64,000 bases of DNA from the human T2T-CHM13v2.0 reference genome, Homo sapiens, in NCBI RefSeq assembly GCF_009914755.1, contig NC_060925.1; one strand, given 5' to 3'. The translations under genes and the position numbers were made by a program. The stretch's first letter is position 1; every line of letters begins with the position of its first letter. Below, piece after piece: positions 1 through 11,371 of this stretch. The notes under the pieces were generated by a model. The model was not told the DNA's origin. It did no database searches and worked only from the letters and a program-made list of their open reading frames with translations.

Positions 1-119
1 GGTTCCCCTAAGGGAACGGCTTCCGCCACAGGAGACCCAGCCAGGACAATCGTGTGCTTGTCGTTTCTCCACCCTGCAAGCCCATGAGTTGTGGGGTAGT
101 TACTCCAGGTACAAGCCAG

Positions 120-200
120 GCGCCCCTCCCTTCCGCCACTGCTGGGGCGGTGCAGAGGGCGGGCGGTACAAAAAGCGCCCCGCCCCGCGCTCCTCTCTTG
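120..200 (+). promoter_or_regulatory. TINAGL1: TINAGL1 core promoter (GC boxes plus TATA-like element)
   Basis: GGGGCGG at 144-150, overlapping GGGCGG at 157-166 and TATA-like TACAAAAAG at 167-175, in CpG-rich sequence directly upstream of the first exon. Confidence 0.6.
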
Positions 201-280
201 ACTTTGAGCGTCCGGCGGTCGCAGAGCCAGGAGGCGGAGGCGCGCGGGCCAGCCTGGGCCCCAGCCCACACCTTCACCAG
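195..280 (+). other. TINAGL1: TINAGL1 non-coding exon 1 (5' end approximate)
   Basis: Ends at donor CAG|GTAGGG (280/281). No ATG within it. Next acceptor at 818/819 precedes the Kozak ATG. Confidence 0.7.
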
Positions 281-833
281 GTAGGGACGCTCCCCTGCTC
301 AGAGGGCGGAAGGTGTAGACAGAGAAGAAACAGGGGGAGGGGGCAGGTAGAGGAACCAAGACAGATGGCAGAGAGAGGGACAGTGGAGGGGGACAGAGGG
401 ACACAGGAACAGAAGAGAGGTGTACCCAAAAGACCGGGGGAGACAGGAAAGCACAAAGTCAAGGACCCAGGTCAGGGATGGAGGCTGCTGGAGGGCAGAG
501 AGACCTAGGACAGGAGAGAAGACCTTGGGTCCACAGGATGAGTGTTGGGTGGGAGCACCAAGAATGCCACCACCCTCATTTCCTTGTCCTTGAAGGTCCC
601 TGCCTAGGTCAGGGAGGGGCTCCGTTTCTGCCCAGTCCCCATCCCCCTATAGCCAGGGCCCACACACTGGGGCTCCTCTGCCCGTGTCCTGCCTGGGGAC
701 TCAGGAATCGGGATCTCCCTCCCTGCTGGGCCCTCTTGAACTCACAGCTCCAGGAAACTGGGAGACTCATCCCTGGTGTTCCAGGGAGTCTCTGCTGCCC
801 ACCATCTCTGCCCCCCAGGGCCCAGGAGCCACC

Positions 834-1143
834 ATGTGGCGATGTCCACTGGGGCTACTGCTGTTGCTGCCGCTGGCTGGCCACTTGGCTCTGGGTGCCC
901 AGCAGGGTCGTGGGCGCCGGGAGCTAGCACCGGGTCTGCACCTGCGGGGCATCCGGGACGCGGGAGGCCGGTACTGCCAGGAGCAGGACCTGTGCTGCCG
1001 CGGCCGTGCCGACGACTGTGCCCTGCCCTACCTGGGCGCCATCTGTTACTGTGACCTCTTCTGCAACCGCACGGTCTCCGACTGCTGCCCTGACTTCTGG
1101 GACTTCTGCCTCGGCGTGCCACCCCCTTTTCCCCCGATCCAAG
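834..1143 (+). CDS. TINAGL1: TINAGL1 exon 2 coding part (signal peptide, SMB-like domain)
   Basis: Acceptor AG 817-818, ATG 834, donor AAG|GTGGGC at 1143/1144. Confidence 0.95.
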
Positions 1144-3839
1144 GTGGGCACTAAGATGGCCAGGAGGGTGGGTCACTTTGTCCACCTCAGACTCAGCAAG
1201 GCTCAAGAGCAAAGCTGATGGATGCACTGACATTTCCAGGGGAAGCTCTGTAGAATCTGGGACTCTTCCCTGCCCCTCTGGGAACTTTACTCTCCAGCAA
1301 GACTGAAGAAGCTCCTTGGTTAGAATTCTAATTTGGCCCAGGGAAAGGGCAACCTCCCACATTTTCTCCCAATCCTGTCTCTTTTCCAGACACGGAAGGT
1401 GCTGGCCGCACCTGCTGACTCACTCTTGGGCTGATAAGGCACATATGGGTTGGTGAGGGTCATCTTAGCCATTTTTCTGCCTTTGCTGAGGATTCTAGGA
1501 TCCTGTGCCCCGAGATGGCTGCTCATACCTGGGAGATGGGTCAAATCTTTTCCTGCTTTCAGCCTCACCATCATCCTTTTCCATGCACTTGCCCCTGTCC
1601 AATAGGAGAATCACTTGCGTTCCTTCCCACAGTTCCATGGGGCTTGGGCCGGCAGACTGCATACCTGAGCTGTCATCTCAAGAGTGCTGTGTTATCTTAG
1701 GACGGTTGCTTACCTTCTCTGGGCCTTGGCTTCCCCATGCTCCTCCCACTCCCCATCTCCAAGCCCTAACTTATTTAAATGGAAAAGGATCCCAGGAATG
1801 TTGTGGCTGGCATCCAAGTAAAGTAAGAGGAATCCAGGTTGGAATCATTGAAGAACTTCCCAAACAGCAGTTGGTGTGTGACCCTGCAGGATTTGTCTTC
1901 AGTTATAGTTTAATTTCAGTGAGAGCTGGTGTGTGTGTGTGTGTGTGTGTGTGTGTGATGTCTTCAGTTATAGCTTAATTTCAGTGAGAGCTGGTGTGTG
2001 TGTGTGTGTGTGTGATATCTTCAGTTATAGTTTGGCTTCAATTTCAGTGAGAGCTGGTATGTGTGTGTGTGTGTGTGTGATGCCTTCAGTTATAGTTTAA
2101 TTTTAGTGACAGCTGGTGTGTGTGTGTGTGTGTGTGTGTGATGTCTTCAGTTATAGTTTAATTTCAGTGAGAGCTGGTATGTGTGTGTGTGTGTGTGATG
2201 TCTTCAGTTATAGCTTAATTTCAGTGAGAGCTGGTGTGTGTGTGTGTGTGTGTTGTCTTCAGTATAGCTTAATTTCAGTGAGAGCTGGTGTGTGTGTGTG
2301 TGATGTCTTCAGTTATAGTTTAATTTCAGTGAGAGCTGGTGTGTGTGTGTGTGTGTGTGTGTGTGATGTCTTCAGTTATAGCTTAATCTCAGTGAGAGCT
2401 GGTGTGTGTGTGTGTGTGTGATGTCTTCAGTTATAGTTTAATTTCAGTGAGAGCTGGTGTGTGTGTGTGTGATGTCTTCAGTTATAGTTTAATTTCAGTG
2501 AGAGCTGGTGTGTGTGTGTGTGATGTCTTCAGTTATAGCTTAATCTCAGTGAGAGCTGGTGTGTGTGTGTGTGTGTGTGTGTGTGTGATATCTTCAGTTA
2601 TAGTTTGGCTTCAATTTCAGTGAGAGCTGTTGTGTGTGTGTGTGTGATGTCTTCAGTTATAGTTTAATTTCAGTGAGAGCTGTTGTGTCTATGTGTGTGT
2701 GTGTGTGATGTCTTCAGTTATAATTTAATTTCAGTGAGAGCTGGTATGTGTGTGTGTGTGTGAGACAGAGAGAGAGAAAGAGAGAGAATCTTGGAAAGGT
2801 TCAAGGTACCTGACCTCCAAGGACCTGGCCAATTAGCCCATCCTCTCTGGTTCTGGTTCCACTTCTCTTCTCTTCCCTTCCAACAGGATGTATGCATGGA
2901 GGTCGTATCTATCCAGTCTTGGGAACGTACTGGGACAACTGTAACCGTTGGTGAGTGTTTGGAGCTTAGAGGGGTCTTGCTTTGTGAGCCTGTGGCTGAC
3001 AGACTTGGTTCAAATCTTATCCCTGACCCCTTTTGCAAGGGAGAAGTCTTTTCCCTTCTTTGAACCTCAGTTTCCTCATCTGCAATAGAGGAATTTTAAC
3101 ACTGACCAAGTCAACTTATCTAACATCATTCCAACAACATTCCTCAAGCATGGCCAGCCATGGGTGCCTGGCCCAGGGGTCACCCTTGAACTGAGATCCT
3201 TCCCCACCCCTCCTGGCTTGGGCTGGGCTATTCCTCCCAGCTATTCCTGCTGTCACTGCAGAGTCAGAGGGAGAAGGGGGCGCCAGGAAGGAAAGCTCTG
3301 ACTGCAGCATCCGCTGCCCTGAGCGGATGAGGGTCAGGGATGGCTGAGCGGGCGGCCAGCCAGCCTCTAGCAGGGCCTTCCCTGAAATGTGGCCCCTTTT
3401 TCCTTCCCCACCCCTCCCCACCATTCCCAGTAGGAGGAGGAAGGGGTCATGGGTACCCCCCTATTCAGTCTGAGATGGGAAGTGGAGAAGGGCCAGGTAG
3501 GAAACCCTGAAAGCCTTAATAGAAATAATGGGGAGCCTGCGACTTGGAGGAGGCGGCCCTGCACCCACTCCACCCCCACTCCCTCTTTGCCTGGGACTAA
3601 GAGGCCCCAGAGAGAAGGAAACTTTTTGGAATGCATTGCGCATAAGATATTTCCATTGCCTCACTAGGGTGAGGGGTGCCCGGGTCACAGTGAGGGAGGG
3701 AACGTTTCAGCATGTGTCTGGGTGTTCAGCGTGACTGTGTGTGCACTGTGTGTGTGTGTGTGTGTGTGTTCAAAAGGATAAAACATGCCTGGCCCGCGTC
3801 TGCAGGTTCTGATAGGATGGCTCTGGACGTTGAGGGGTT

Positions 3840-3912
<73 letters not shown>

Positions 3913-6900
3913 TGTCTCTCTCTCTCTGTCTCTCTCTGTCTCTCTCTCTCTGTCTCTCTCTCTCTCACTGCTGTCCCTGGCCCCTTAGGCCCCCTCTGGA
4001 ATGCTGGGACCTGCTACCACCGGCCCTGCCTGGACCTGTGTGGGCAGCCCTGGGGGCAAAGGAGGAGATGGCAGGAAAGGACAGAACAGTCTACTGCCCT
4101 CTCCTCATGAAGGCTCTGGGGGCGAGGGTGGGGGAGTGTCCAGGGTGTCAGAGCCCTCAAAGGATGCTTCCAGAGTCTAGTCGGGTGCTGCTGCCTAGGT
4201 GTGCAGAGGGGGAACAGCCTGGTGTGCAGAGAGGGAAAGGAAGGATGAGGAAAGCCTTCCCGGCCCTGCAGACTCCTCTGGCCCTCCCCAGCAGTGCCCC
4301 CGCCTCTCCTGGGGCTGGAAAGCCCAGCCATACTGGGTCTTGGCTCCCCTTGAGGCTCCTTAAAAGGCAACATTGGAGGTGGGAGCCTTGGACAGCTTGC
4401 AAGGAGGCAGTTCAGCATCTTGTAATAACAGAGTTATGAGCTTGTAAAAGCATTATAGAATTCATAGAATGCAGCCCTTCAGTCGGCACCTATTATTAAA
4501 GACCTACTGCGTGACAGGCACTATGCTGAGCTCAGGAGATGGAGCGGGAATGCAACAGACACAGTCCTTGTCCCATTTCTAGTGTAAGGTGAAGGGCATG
4601 GGAAGACAACAAATGAGTATATTCTGACAAGCTGCCCAGTGTTATAGGGAAAAGAGAGGATAACGGGGGTCCCAGTTTAGAGTAGGGAGTGGGTGGGAAA
4701 GCTACTCTGAGGAAGGGACATTTATGCTGAGACCAGGGAGAAGGATAGGAGAGGCCTGGCCTAGGCAGAGGGAGTGGCTCGTGGGAAGGCCGGGAGGTGA
4801 CTGAGCTCATTTTAGCTGGAGCTGGGGTAGGGGAGAGACGTCCCAAGGAGGTGCAGGCCACGTTCCGTGGCTCACATCAGCTGTGCCCAGGATTCTGCAT
4901 TTTGTTTGGAGTCACAGGAAGCCACGTAGAGAGCACACGGTCTGATTTACGTTCTTCAAAGATCTCTCTGGCTTTGGGGTGGGTAGGGAGGGGATGGCCG
5001 GGAATTTTAAGGGGTAGCAGACTTGGTGAATAAGGCAGTGCCGGGGTCCAGGTGAGAGGTGATGAGGGACGGGAGTAGGGTGGCCACAGTGGAGGGGCGA
5101 GAGGTAGGTGGATTCCTCATGTGCCATCTCCAAGCCCTGCTGATGGGGGACATGTGGGCGGACACCACAGACCACCTGGAGCTCTGATGTGAACAACTGG
5201 GTGCCATTTTCAGAGTTGAAGATGTTAGGAAAGAGCAGGCTTGTGGGAGGCAGACGGGCTATTTTGAGTTTGAGATGCCTTTTGCACATCCAGAGATGTC
5301 AGAAGGTCAGTGGGATATGAGTCTGAAGCTCTAGAGAAGTGGGGTCTGGGATTCCTGTAACAGAATGGTGATAGTAGATATTAATTCTGAGCACTTAATG
5401 ATGGACCAGGCCCAGTGCTAAATGCTTTACAAGCCTATCATTAAATCCCTGGAAAGTGGTACCACTGTATTATCCTCATTTTATAGACAAGGGCATTGAG
5501 AGAGACAGAGCTTGAATGATTCTCCTAAGATCACACAGCCAGTGGGCTGAAACCCAGAATCTGAATTCCAGAACCCATGCTCTTAGTCAATTCAGCATAT
5601 GGCCTCAGTCATTGACTCAGTTAACAAATATTCATTGGGTGCTTACTATGTGCTAGGCTTTGTTTTCCTAGGCGCTGAAAATACCAAACAATACCTGCCC
5701 TCAAGGAATTTACAGCCTATGAGGAAACAGGGATAAGCAATATAAACAGGCCGGGCCTGTGGCTCACACCTGTAAATCTCAGCACTTTGGAAGGCCAAGG
5801 CGGGTGGATCACTTGAGGCCAGGAATTTGAGACCAGCCTGGGCAACATAGCAAAACCCCATCTCTACAAAAATTGCAAAATTTAGCTGGGTGTGGTGGTG
5901 CACTTGTAGTCTCAGCTATTTAGGAGGCTGAGGTGGGAGGGCCACTTGAGCCTGGGAAGCAGAGACTGCAGTGAGCCGAGATCACACCACTGCATTCCAG
6001 CCTGGGCAACAGAGCAAGACCCTGTCTCAAAAAAAAAAGCGGGGAGGAAGGGGAGCAGGCAGATTGGTGTGAACCATCAGGGGCCAGCCTAGTTGGAGCC
6101 TTAGAACCAGAACTTGAAGGAGGAGGGGATCAGGGGACAGGAGGACAGAGCGTGCAGGGCCTTGTTGTCACCAAACTTTGGCTCTTATTCTGTGATGTGA
6201 AGCCAGTGGAGGGTTTTGGGCAGAGGAACGACATGATATGACTTAGGTTTAGCAGGGTCACTCTGGCAGCTGTGTTAAAAATACCCTGGGAAGCAGGGCA
6301 AGGGGCAGATGCATGGAGCACCCACAGTGAGGAGGCCACAGCAGGAATCCAGGTGAGAGGTGATCGGACTTGGGCGGGCTGCAGGAGAGAATGAGAGTGG
6401 TTCGGATTCTGGATGCATTTTTAAGGTAGACCCATAGGATATGCGGATGAACTGGATCAGCATGGGAAAGGAAGTCAGCGGGGACTGCCAGGTTTGGGGC
6501 CCAAACTCCAGGAAGGATAGAGTTGCCGTTTTCTGAGAACTGTAGGGGGAATAAGTGAGGGGGGTCAGGAATTCGGTTCAGGGAGTGTTTTGGTTCAGGG
6601 TAGTGATGTTGAGTAGCCGTGAGATCCTTGACTCTGGTGTTCAGGCAGAGATCTGGGCCACAGATATAAACTTGAGAATCATGAACTAGACGTTGACATT
6701 TAAAGCCACCAGGCTGGATGGGATCACCTAGAGATTCTCCCACAGTCACTTGCACAGACTCCCTGGCCCATGTTAACCTCCGAGGCCACATTCCTTCAAA
6801 GTATCCCCAGTCCCCCACTTACCCTTTCCTTCTCTCCTTTTCTCACCAGCACCTGCCAGGAGAACAGGCAGTGGCAGTGTGACCAAGAACCATGCCTGGT

Positions 6901-9900
6901 GGATCCAGACATGATCAAAGCCATCAACCAGGGCAACTATGGGTGAGAGGCCCTAGAGGCACCCTCAGTGGGCACACATGCATACTCATGCATGTATACA
7001 CGCATGCTGTGCTGTGGGGCACGTCCAGCAGGCCACTCCTACACCCAGATTTGACTGTGTGTGCGCTCAGCCACTGTGCGTCTCTCCCACCCACATGCAC
7101 CCACGCCAAGGACCCTGAGCCTCGGCAGATCTGTGACTTCCTTCCGTCCCCTCTCCTTCAGCTGGCAGGCTGGGAACCACAGCGCCTTCTGGGGCATGAC
7201 CCTGGATGAGGGCATTCGCTACCGCCTGGGCACCATCCGCCCATCTTCCTCGGTCATGAACATGCATGAAATTTATGTAAGTCCATCCTTCCCCACAATG
7301 CTGCCATCTCCCCATGGCTCAGAACCTCAGGGATGCTGGCCCTGTGCCCTGCTCCTCCAAGGGCCTGGACCATCCCCTACTACAAGGCTGTGTGTCCCTG
7401 GACAAGTTACTCCCCTTCTCTGGGCCTCTGTTCCCTGCTTCCACAGGATGTGCTGTGCTGGAAGAACTGATGCTCAGATTGAATTTCGTGGTCTTGGCAT
7501 CAGCTCCCCCCTGATCTCTCCAGCCTGGGAAAAATGCTGTTGGTCTCAGTACAGCTGGGTTAGGGCCCAAGGGGACAGGGGGTCACCTTGGTATTTTGGG
7601 AAGGGAAGGACACACACTCCTCCAGTTCTGGCCAGAGGGCAGCAGTTCTCGGAAATAAATGCCGGTTCAGCGGAACCCCAAGGGAGGAGAGGGCTTCTCC
7701 CTTCCCACCAGTGGGACCCTCTGGGAGAGGAATGAAAACCAGGCCCAAAGTGAAAGGGTGAGGAAGGGGAGCTTCAGCAGGCCTGGACCGGGACATGTGC
7801 CGGAGCATTTGTCCATCAGTGGCAGGCAGCGGGGAGGCAGGGGCTGGCAGGAGTGGCCCTCCCTGCGGAGACTTCGGCCTTGGGTGACCAGACCCTGGCC
7901 CTGCCCTTATTCCCCTGGGCCTCTGGCTATTTTCTGCCTCTTGCTGTTTGTGTTGGCAGACTGCCTGGTCACGGGACCCTACTGCCTCTTCCCTCCCCTG
8001 AGGGAAAGCTAAGGCCTGAAGAAAGCTAAGGCCGATCAGAAGGTGCAGAGGAAAGAGGCAGGGGTTGAGAATGGAAAGCTGAGGGACCTGGCCTGGCCAC
8101 TTCTCTGTGCCTGGCCTCAGCTGCCTCATCTGGGAAGCAGGACTAGTCACCACCGCCACCCCGCCCCGCCCCACCACCTGATACCTGGGAGGCACTAAAT
8201 GGTGCTTGGTTCTTCAACACAAGTCAAAATTGGAGGCAGCTGGAATCCTGCAGCAGCAGGAGGGCTCAAGATTAAACTGCAGAAGGCCCTGGACTTGGTG
8301 GCCCTCCAGTGCCAATGGGCACCTGAGGGGCAGGCCAGGGCAGAGCAGGAGGCAGACAGGGCAACCTTTATCTTGCAGACAGTGCTGAACCCAGGGGAGG
8401 TGCTTCCCACAGCCTTCGAGGCCTCTGAGAAGTGGCCCAACCTGATTCATGAGCCTCTTGACCAAGGCAACTGTGCAGGCTCCTGGGCCTTCTCCACAGC
8501 AGGTAAGCCAAGGGCAAGGGCTGGCGCCTGGGAGAGGAGGGCCAAGTCCTGAGCCTCCCGACAGCCCCTCTATCTCACCCCACCAGCTGTGGCATCCGAT
8601 CGTGTCTCAATCCATTCTCTGGGACACATGACGCCTGTCCTGTCGCCCCAGAACCTGCTGTCTTGTGACACCCACCAGCAGCAGGGCTGCCGCGGTGGGC
8701 GTCTCGATGGTGCCTGGTGGTTCCTGCGTCGCCGAGGGTATGCAGCAACAGGGGATGTGGGCAGAGAAGAGGGCAAGGAGCTCCGTGGGCATGGCCTGGG
8801 CCATGATGCACTGAGTCTTTCTGCCTTTGCTCCCTCTTGCTGCCTTTGCAGGGTGGTGTCTGACCACTGCTACCCCTTCTCGGGCCGTGAACGAGACGAG
8901 GCTGGCCCTGCGCCCCCCTGTATGATGCACAGCCGAGCCATGGGTCGGGGCAAGCGCCAGGCCACTGCCCACTGCCCCAACAGCTATGTTAATAACAATG
9001 ACATCTACCAGGTCACTCCTGTCTACCGCCTCGGCTCCAACGTAAGTCAGCACTTGGGTGAGGGCGCCGAGGCAGGAGGGTTGTGAAAGCCTGGAGTCTC
9101 ACCCCTGACGTATGCTCTCTGTCCATCCCCTGCCCTCCAGGACAAGGAGATCATGAAGGAGCTGATGGAGAATGGCCCTGTCCAAGGTAAACCCCCTTAT
9201 CCAGCACCCTGGTTCCAGAAGCTTGTGCCTGCTTGAGAGTGGGCACAGTAGCACAAGTGGCCTGCACAGCATTCAGCAGCATGTCCAGTAGGGCCAGGAG
9301 TAGGGGTCCCCCCCTCCCACAGGCAGCACCTGGAGGGAGCACTTAGAGCTTTGGTATGGAGGGACCCTGGTGCCTGGGCACATCTCAATAGACTCAGGCT
9401 CCAGTGCCTGTGCCAACGGGCTGAGTGGACCCTACCTTGACATCTGCCCACAGCCCTCATGGAGGTGCATGAGGACTTCTTCCTATACAAGGGAGGCATC
9501 TACAGCCACACGCCAGTGAGCCTTGGGAGGCCAGAGAGATACCGCCGGCATGGGACCCACTCAGTCAAGATCACAGGGTGAGGGGCGTGTGGGCAGAGGG
9601 GGTTTGGGACAGCAGGGTTTGTGCTAGGGGCTCTGGAGCCTGCCTTGGGTTCTTACAACCTCTCTAAAAAGCCAGGACTGCTCTCATCATTTCAATAGGG
9701 AGAAAACTGAGACTCAGAAAGAGAAAGGACTTGCCCTGGGTCGAATTGAAGGTTGGGAGCCTCTGAAGGCTTTTTTAGGAACTGTTCCTTCCTTACATTG
9801 GGATAAAATAACTCCAATATGAAGAGAGCCTCAAGAGTTTCTCAACCTCTCCCCACCTCAGCACCTGTCCCAGCTCTGCCTGACCCACCGAGTGACCTGG

Positions 9901-10680
9901 GAGGTCGCTCCCCTGGCCTCAGTTTCCCTATCCGATTTAGGGAATATAGATGTTAGGATCACTGACTTCAATGAACTCGGTGAAATGTGCTTTACGGTGG
10001 GAATTGGCGGTCTCTAAGATACCCATATTCTCAGAGTGTCTTCCTTCTGGCCCTTGGCACCTACCCCTCCCTGGATCCCCAAGTGAGGGAGGGCAGGTGG
10101 ATGTGTGGTCCCATAGAACTGGCCCCTAGGAGGTGGGTCTCTGGAGGACCCAGGTTCCCTCCTCTTCTGCTCACCTTGCCTCCACTTGTCCCCTTGGTGC
10201 CCCACCCCCTCCCATGCTGGGCCTGGGTGCACCGACTTACAGATGTGAGAGTGAGGGAGATGCAGAGAGGTACAGAGACCTGCCTGAGCCCTAAGGGTGT
10301 ACCCAACCCTCCAAAGGCAACTGGGGGCTGGATGGGGCAGGTTTCCGGGATTGGAGCTCCTGAGAGCAGGTAGACCCAGCTCCCTTCCCCCTCCTCTGCT
10401 CTGCCCACAGATGGGGAGAGGAGACGCTGCCAGATGGAAGGACGCTCAAATACTGGGTGAGGCCGCTGACCCTTTCCCCGCCCCCTCTTCCCCTCGCCCC
10501 ACTCCCATTCCCCTTCTCACCACCCCTCCTTATTCCCAGACTGCGGCCAACTCCTGGGGCCCAGCCTGGGGCGAGAGGGGCCACTTCCGCATCGTGCGCG
10601 GCGTCAATGAGTGCGACATCGAGAGCTTCGTGCTGGGCGTCTGGGGCCGCGTGGGCATGGAGGACATGGGTCATCACTGA
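834..10680 (+). CDS. TINAGL1: Tubulointerstitial nephritis antigen-like 1, 467 aa; join(834..1143,2887..2950,6850..6942,7162..7276,8379..8502,8587..8737,8852..9041,9141..9186,9454..9577,10411..10456,10540..10680)
   Basis: GCCACCATG start, all introns GT-AG, exon lengths 310+64+93+115+124+151+190+46+124+46+141=1404 nt in one open frame. Signal peptide [16 protein letters not shown], Cys-rich somatomedin-B-like region, papain C1A fold motifs [15 protein letters not shown] and NSWG. Confidence 0.97.
1890..2790. repeat. Compound minisatellite (about 15 units): ~38-bp core plus variable (GT)n
   Basis: Core ATGTCTTCAGTTATAGYTTAATTTCAGTGAGAGCTG repeats, each copy followed by a GT tract of different length. 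Confidence 0.95.
2887..2950 (+). CDS. TINAGL1: TINAGL1 exon 3
   Basis: Pyrimidine tract + CAACAG|; encodes [20 protein letters not shown]; donor |GTGAGT. Confidence 0.93.
3845..3966. repeat. (CT)n / (CTGT) microsatellite
   Basis: About 120 bp of CT dinucleotide with GT interruptions; a short (TG)n tract also lies at 3747-3769. Confidence 0.95.
4480..5360 (-). mobile_element. Degraded LINE-2 fragments
   Basis: L2-like motifs such as gacctactgcgtgacaggcactatgctgagc and ttgagtttgagatgcct...acatccagagatgtcag. Confidence 0.5.
5749..6038 (+). mobile_element. Alu (J-like)
   Basis: GGCCGGG start, dimeric structure, A tail. Confidence 0.92.
6130..6735 (-). mobile_element. LINE-2 fragment
   Basis: L2-like ggagggttttgggcagagg...gacatgatatgactta...ggtcactctggcagctgtg. 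Confidence 0.55.
6850..6942 (+). CDS. TINAGL1: TINAGL1 exon 4 (93 nt, frame-preserving)
   Basis: TCACCAG| [30 protein letters not shown] |GTGAGA. Confidence 0.93.
7162..7276 (+). CDS. TINAGL1: TINAGL1 exon 5
   Basis: CTTCAG| [24 protein letters not shown]...MHEIY |GTAAGT. Confidence 0.94.
8379..8502 (+). CDS. TINAGL1: TINAGL1 exon 6
   Basis: TTGCAG| [20 protein letters not shown]...[14 protein letters not shown] |GTAAGC. Confidence 0.94.
8587..8737 (+). CDS. TINAGL1: TINAGL1 exon 7
   Basis: CACCAG| [10 protein letters not shown]...[10 protein letters not shown]...[17 protein letters not shown] |GTATGC. Confidence 0.94.
8852..9041 (+). CDS. TINAGL1: TINAGL1 exon 8
   Basis: TTGCAG| VVSDHCYPF...YRLGSN |GTAAGT. 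Confidence 0.94.
9141..9186 (+). CDS. TINAGL1: TINAGL1 exon 9
   Basis: CTCCAG| [15 protein letters not shown] |GTAAAC. Confidence 0.93.
9454..9577 (+). CDS. TINAGL1: TINAGL1 exon 10
   Basis: CCACAG| [18 protein letters not shown]...HGTHSVKIT |GTGAGG. Confidence 0.94.
10411..10456 (+). CDS. TINAGL1: TINAGL1 exon 11
   Basis: CCACAG| [15 protein letters not shown] |GTGAGG. Confidence 0.93.
10540..10680 (+). CDS. TINAGL1: TINAGL1 exon 12 coding part
   Basis: TCCCAG| [28 protein letters not shown]...MGHH, TGA at 10678-10680. Confidence 0.95.
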   Translation, partial: TAANSWGPAWGERGHFRIVRGVNECDIESFVLGVWGRVGMEDMGHH

Positions 10681-11022
10681 GGCTGCGGGCACCACGCGGG
10701 GTCCGGCCTGGGATCCAGGCTAAGGGCCGGCGGAAGAGGCCCCAATGGGGCGGTGACCCCAGCCTCGCCCGACAGAGCCCGGGGCGCAGGCGGGCGCCAG
10801 GGCGCTAATCCCGGCGCGGGTTCCGCTGACGCAGCGCCCCGCCTGGGAGCCGCGGGCAGGCGAGACTGGCGGAGCCCCCAGACCTCCCAGTGGGGACGGG
10901 GCAGGGCCTGGCCTGGGAAGAGCACAGCTGCAGATCCCAGGCCTCTGGCGCCCCCACTCAAGACTACCAAAGCCAGGACACCTCAAGTCTCCAGCCCCAC
11001 TACCCCACCCCACTCCTGTATT

Positions 11023-11318
<296 letters not shown>

Positions 11319-11365
11319 CTGTATTCTTATTCTTCAGATATTTATTTTTCTTTTCACTGTTTTAA

Positions 11366-11371
11366 AATAAA
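11366..11371 (+). terminator. TINAGL1: TINAGL1 polyadenylation signal AATAAA
   Basis: First AATAAA after the stop codon, with U-rich sequence upstream and a GT-containing element (GTGTCTTG) about 20 nt downstream. Confidence 0.75.

Noticed and set aside
2116-2623. ORFs with repeated [17 protein letters not shown]
   Set aside because: Translations of the intronic VNTR starting at non-ATG codons; no coding evidence.
1890-2790. Repeat-spacer layout superficially like a CRISPR array
   Set aside because: The spacers are only (GT)n, the context is a eukaryotic intron, and there are no cas genes.
8379-10456. Matching TINAGL1 exon sizes (124 and 124; 46 and 46 nt)
   Set aside because: No sequence or peptide similarity between the pairs; coincidence.
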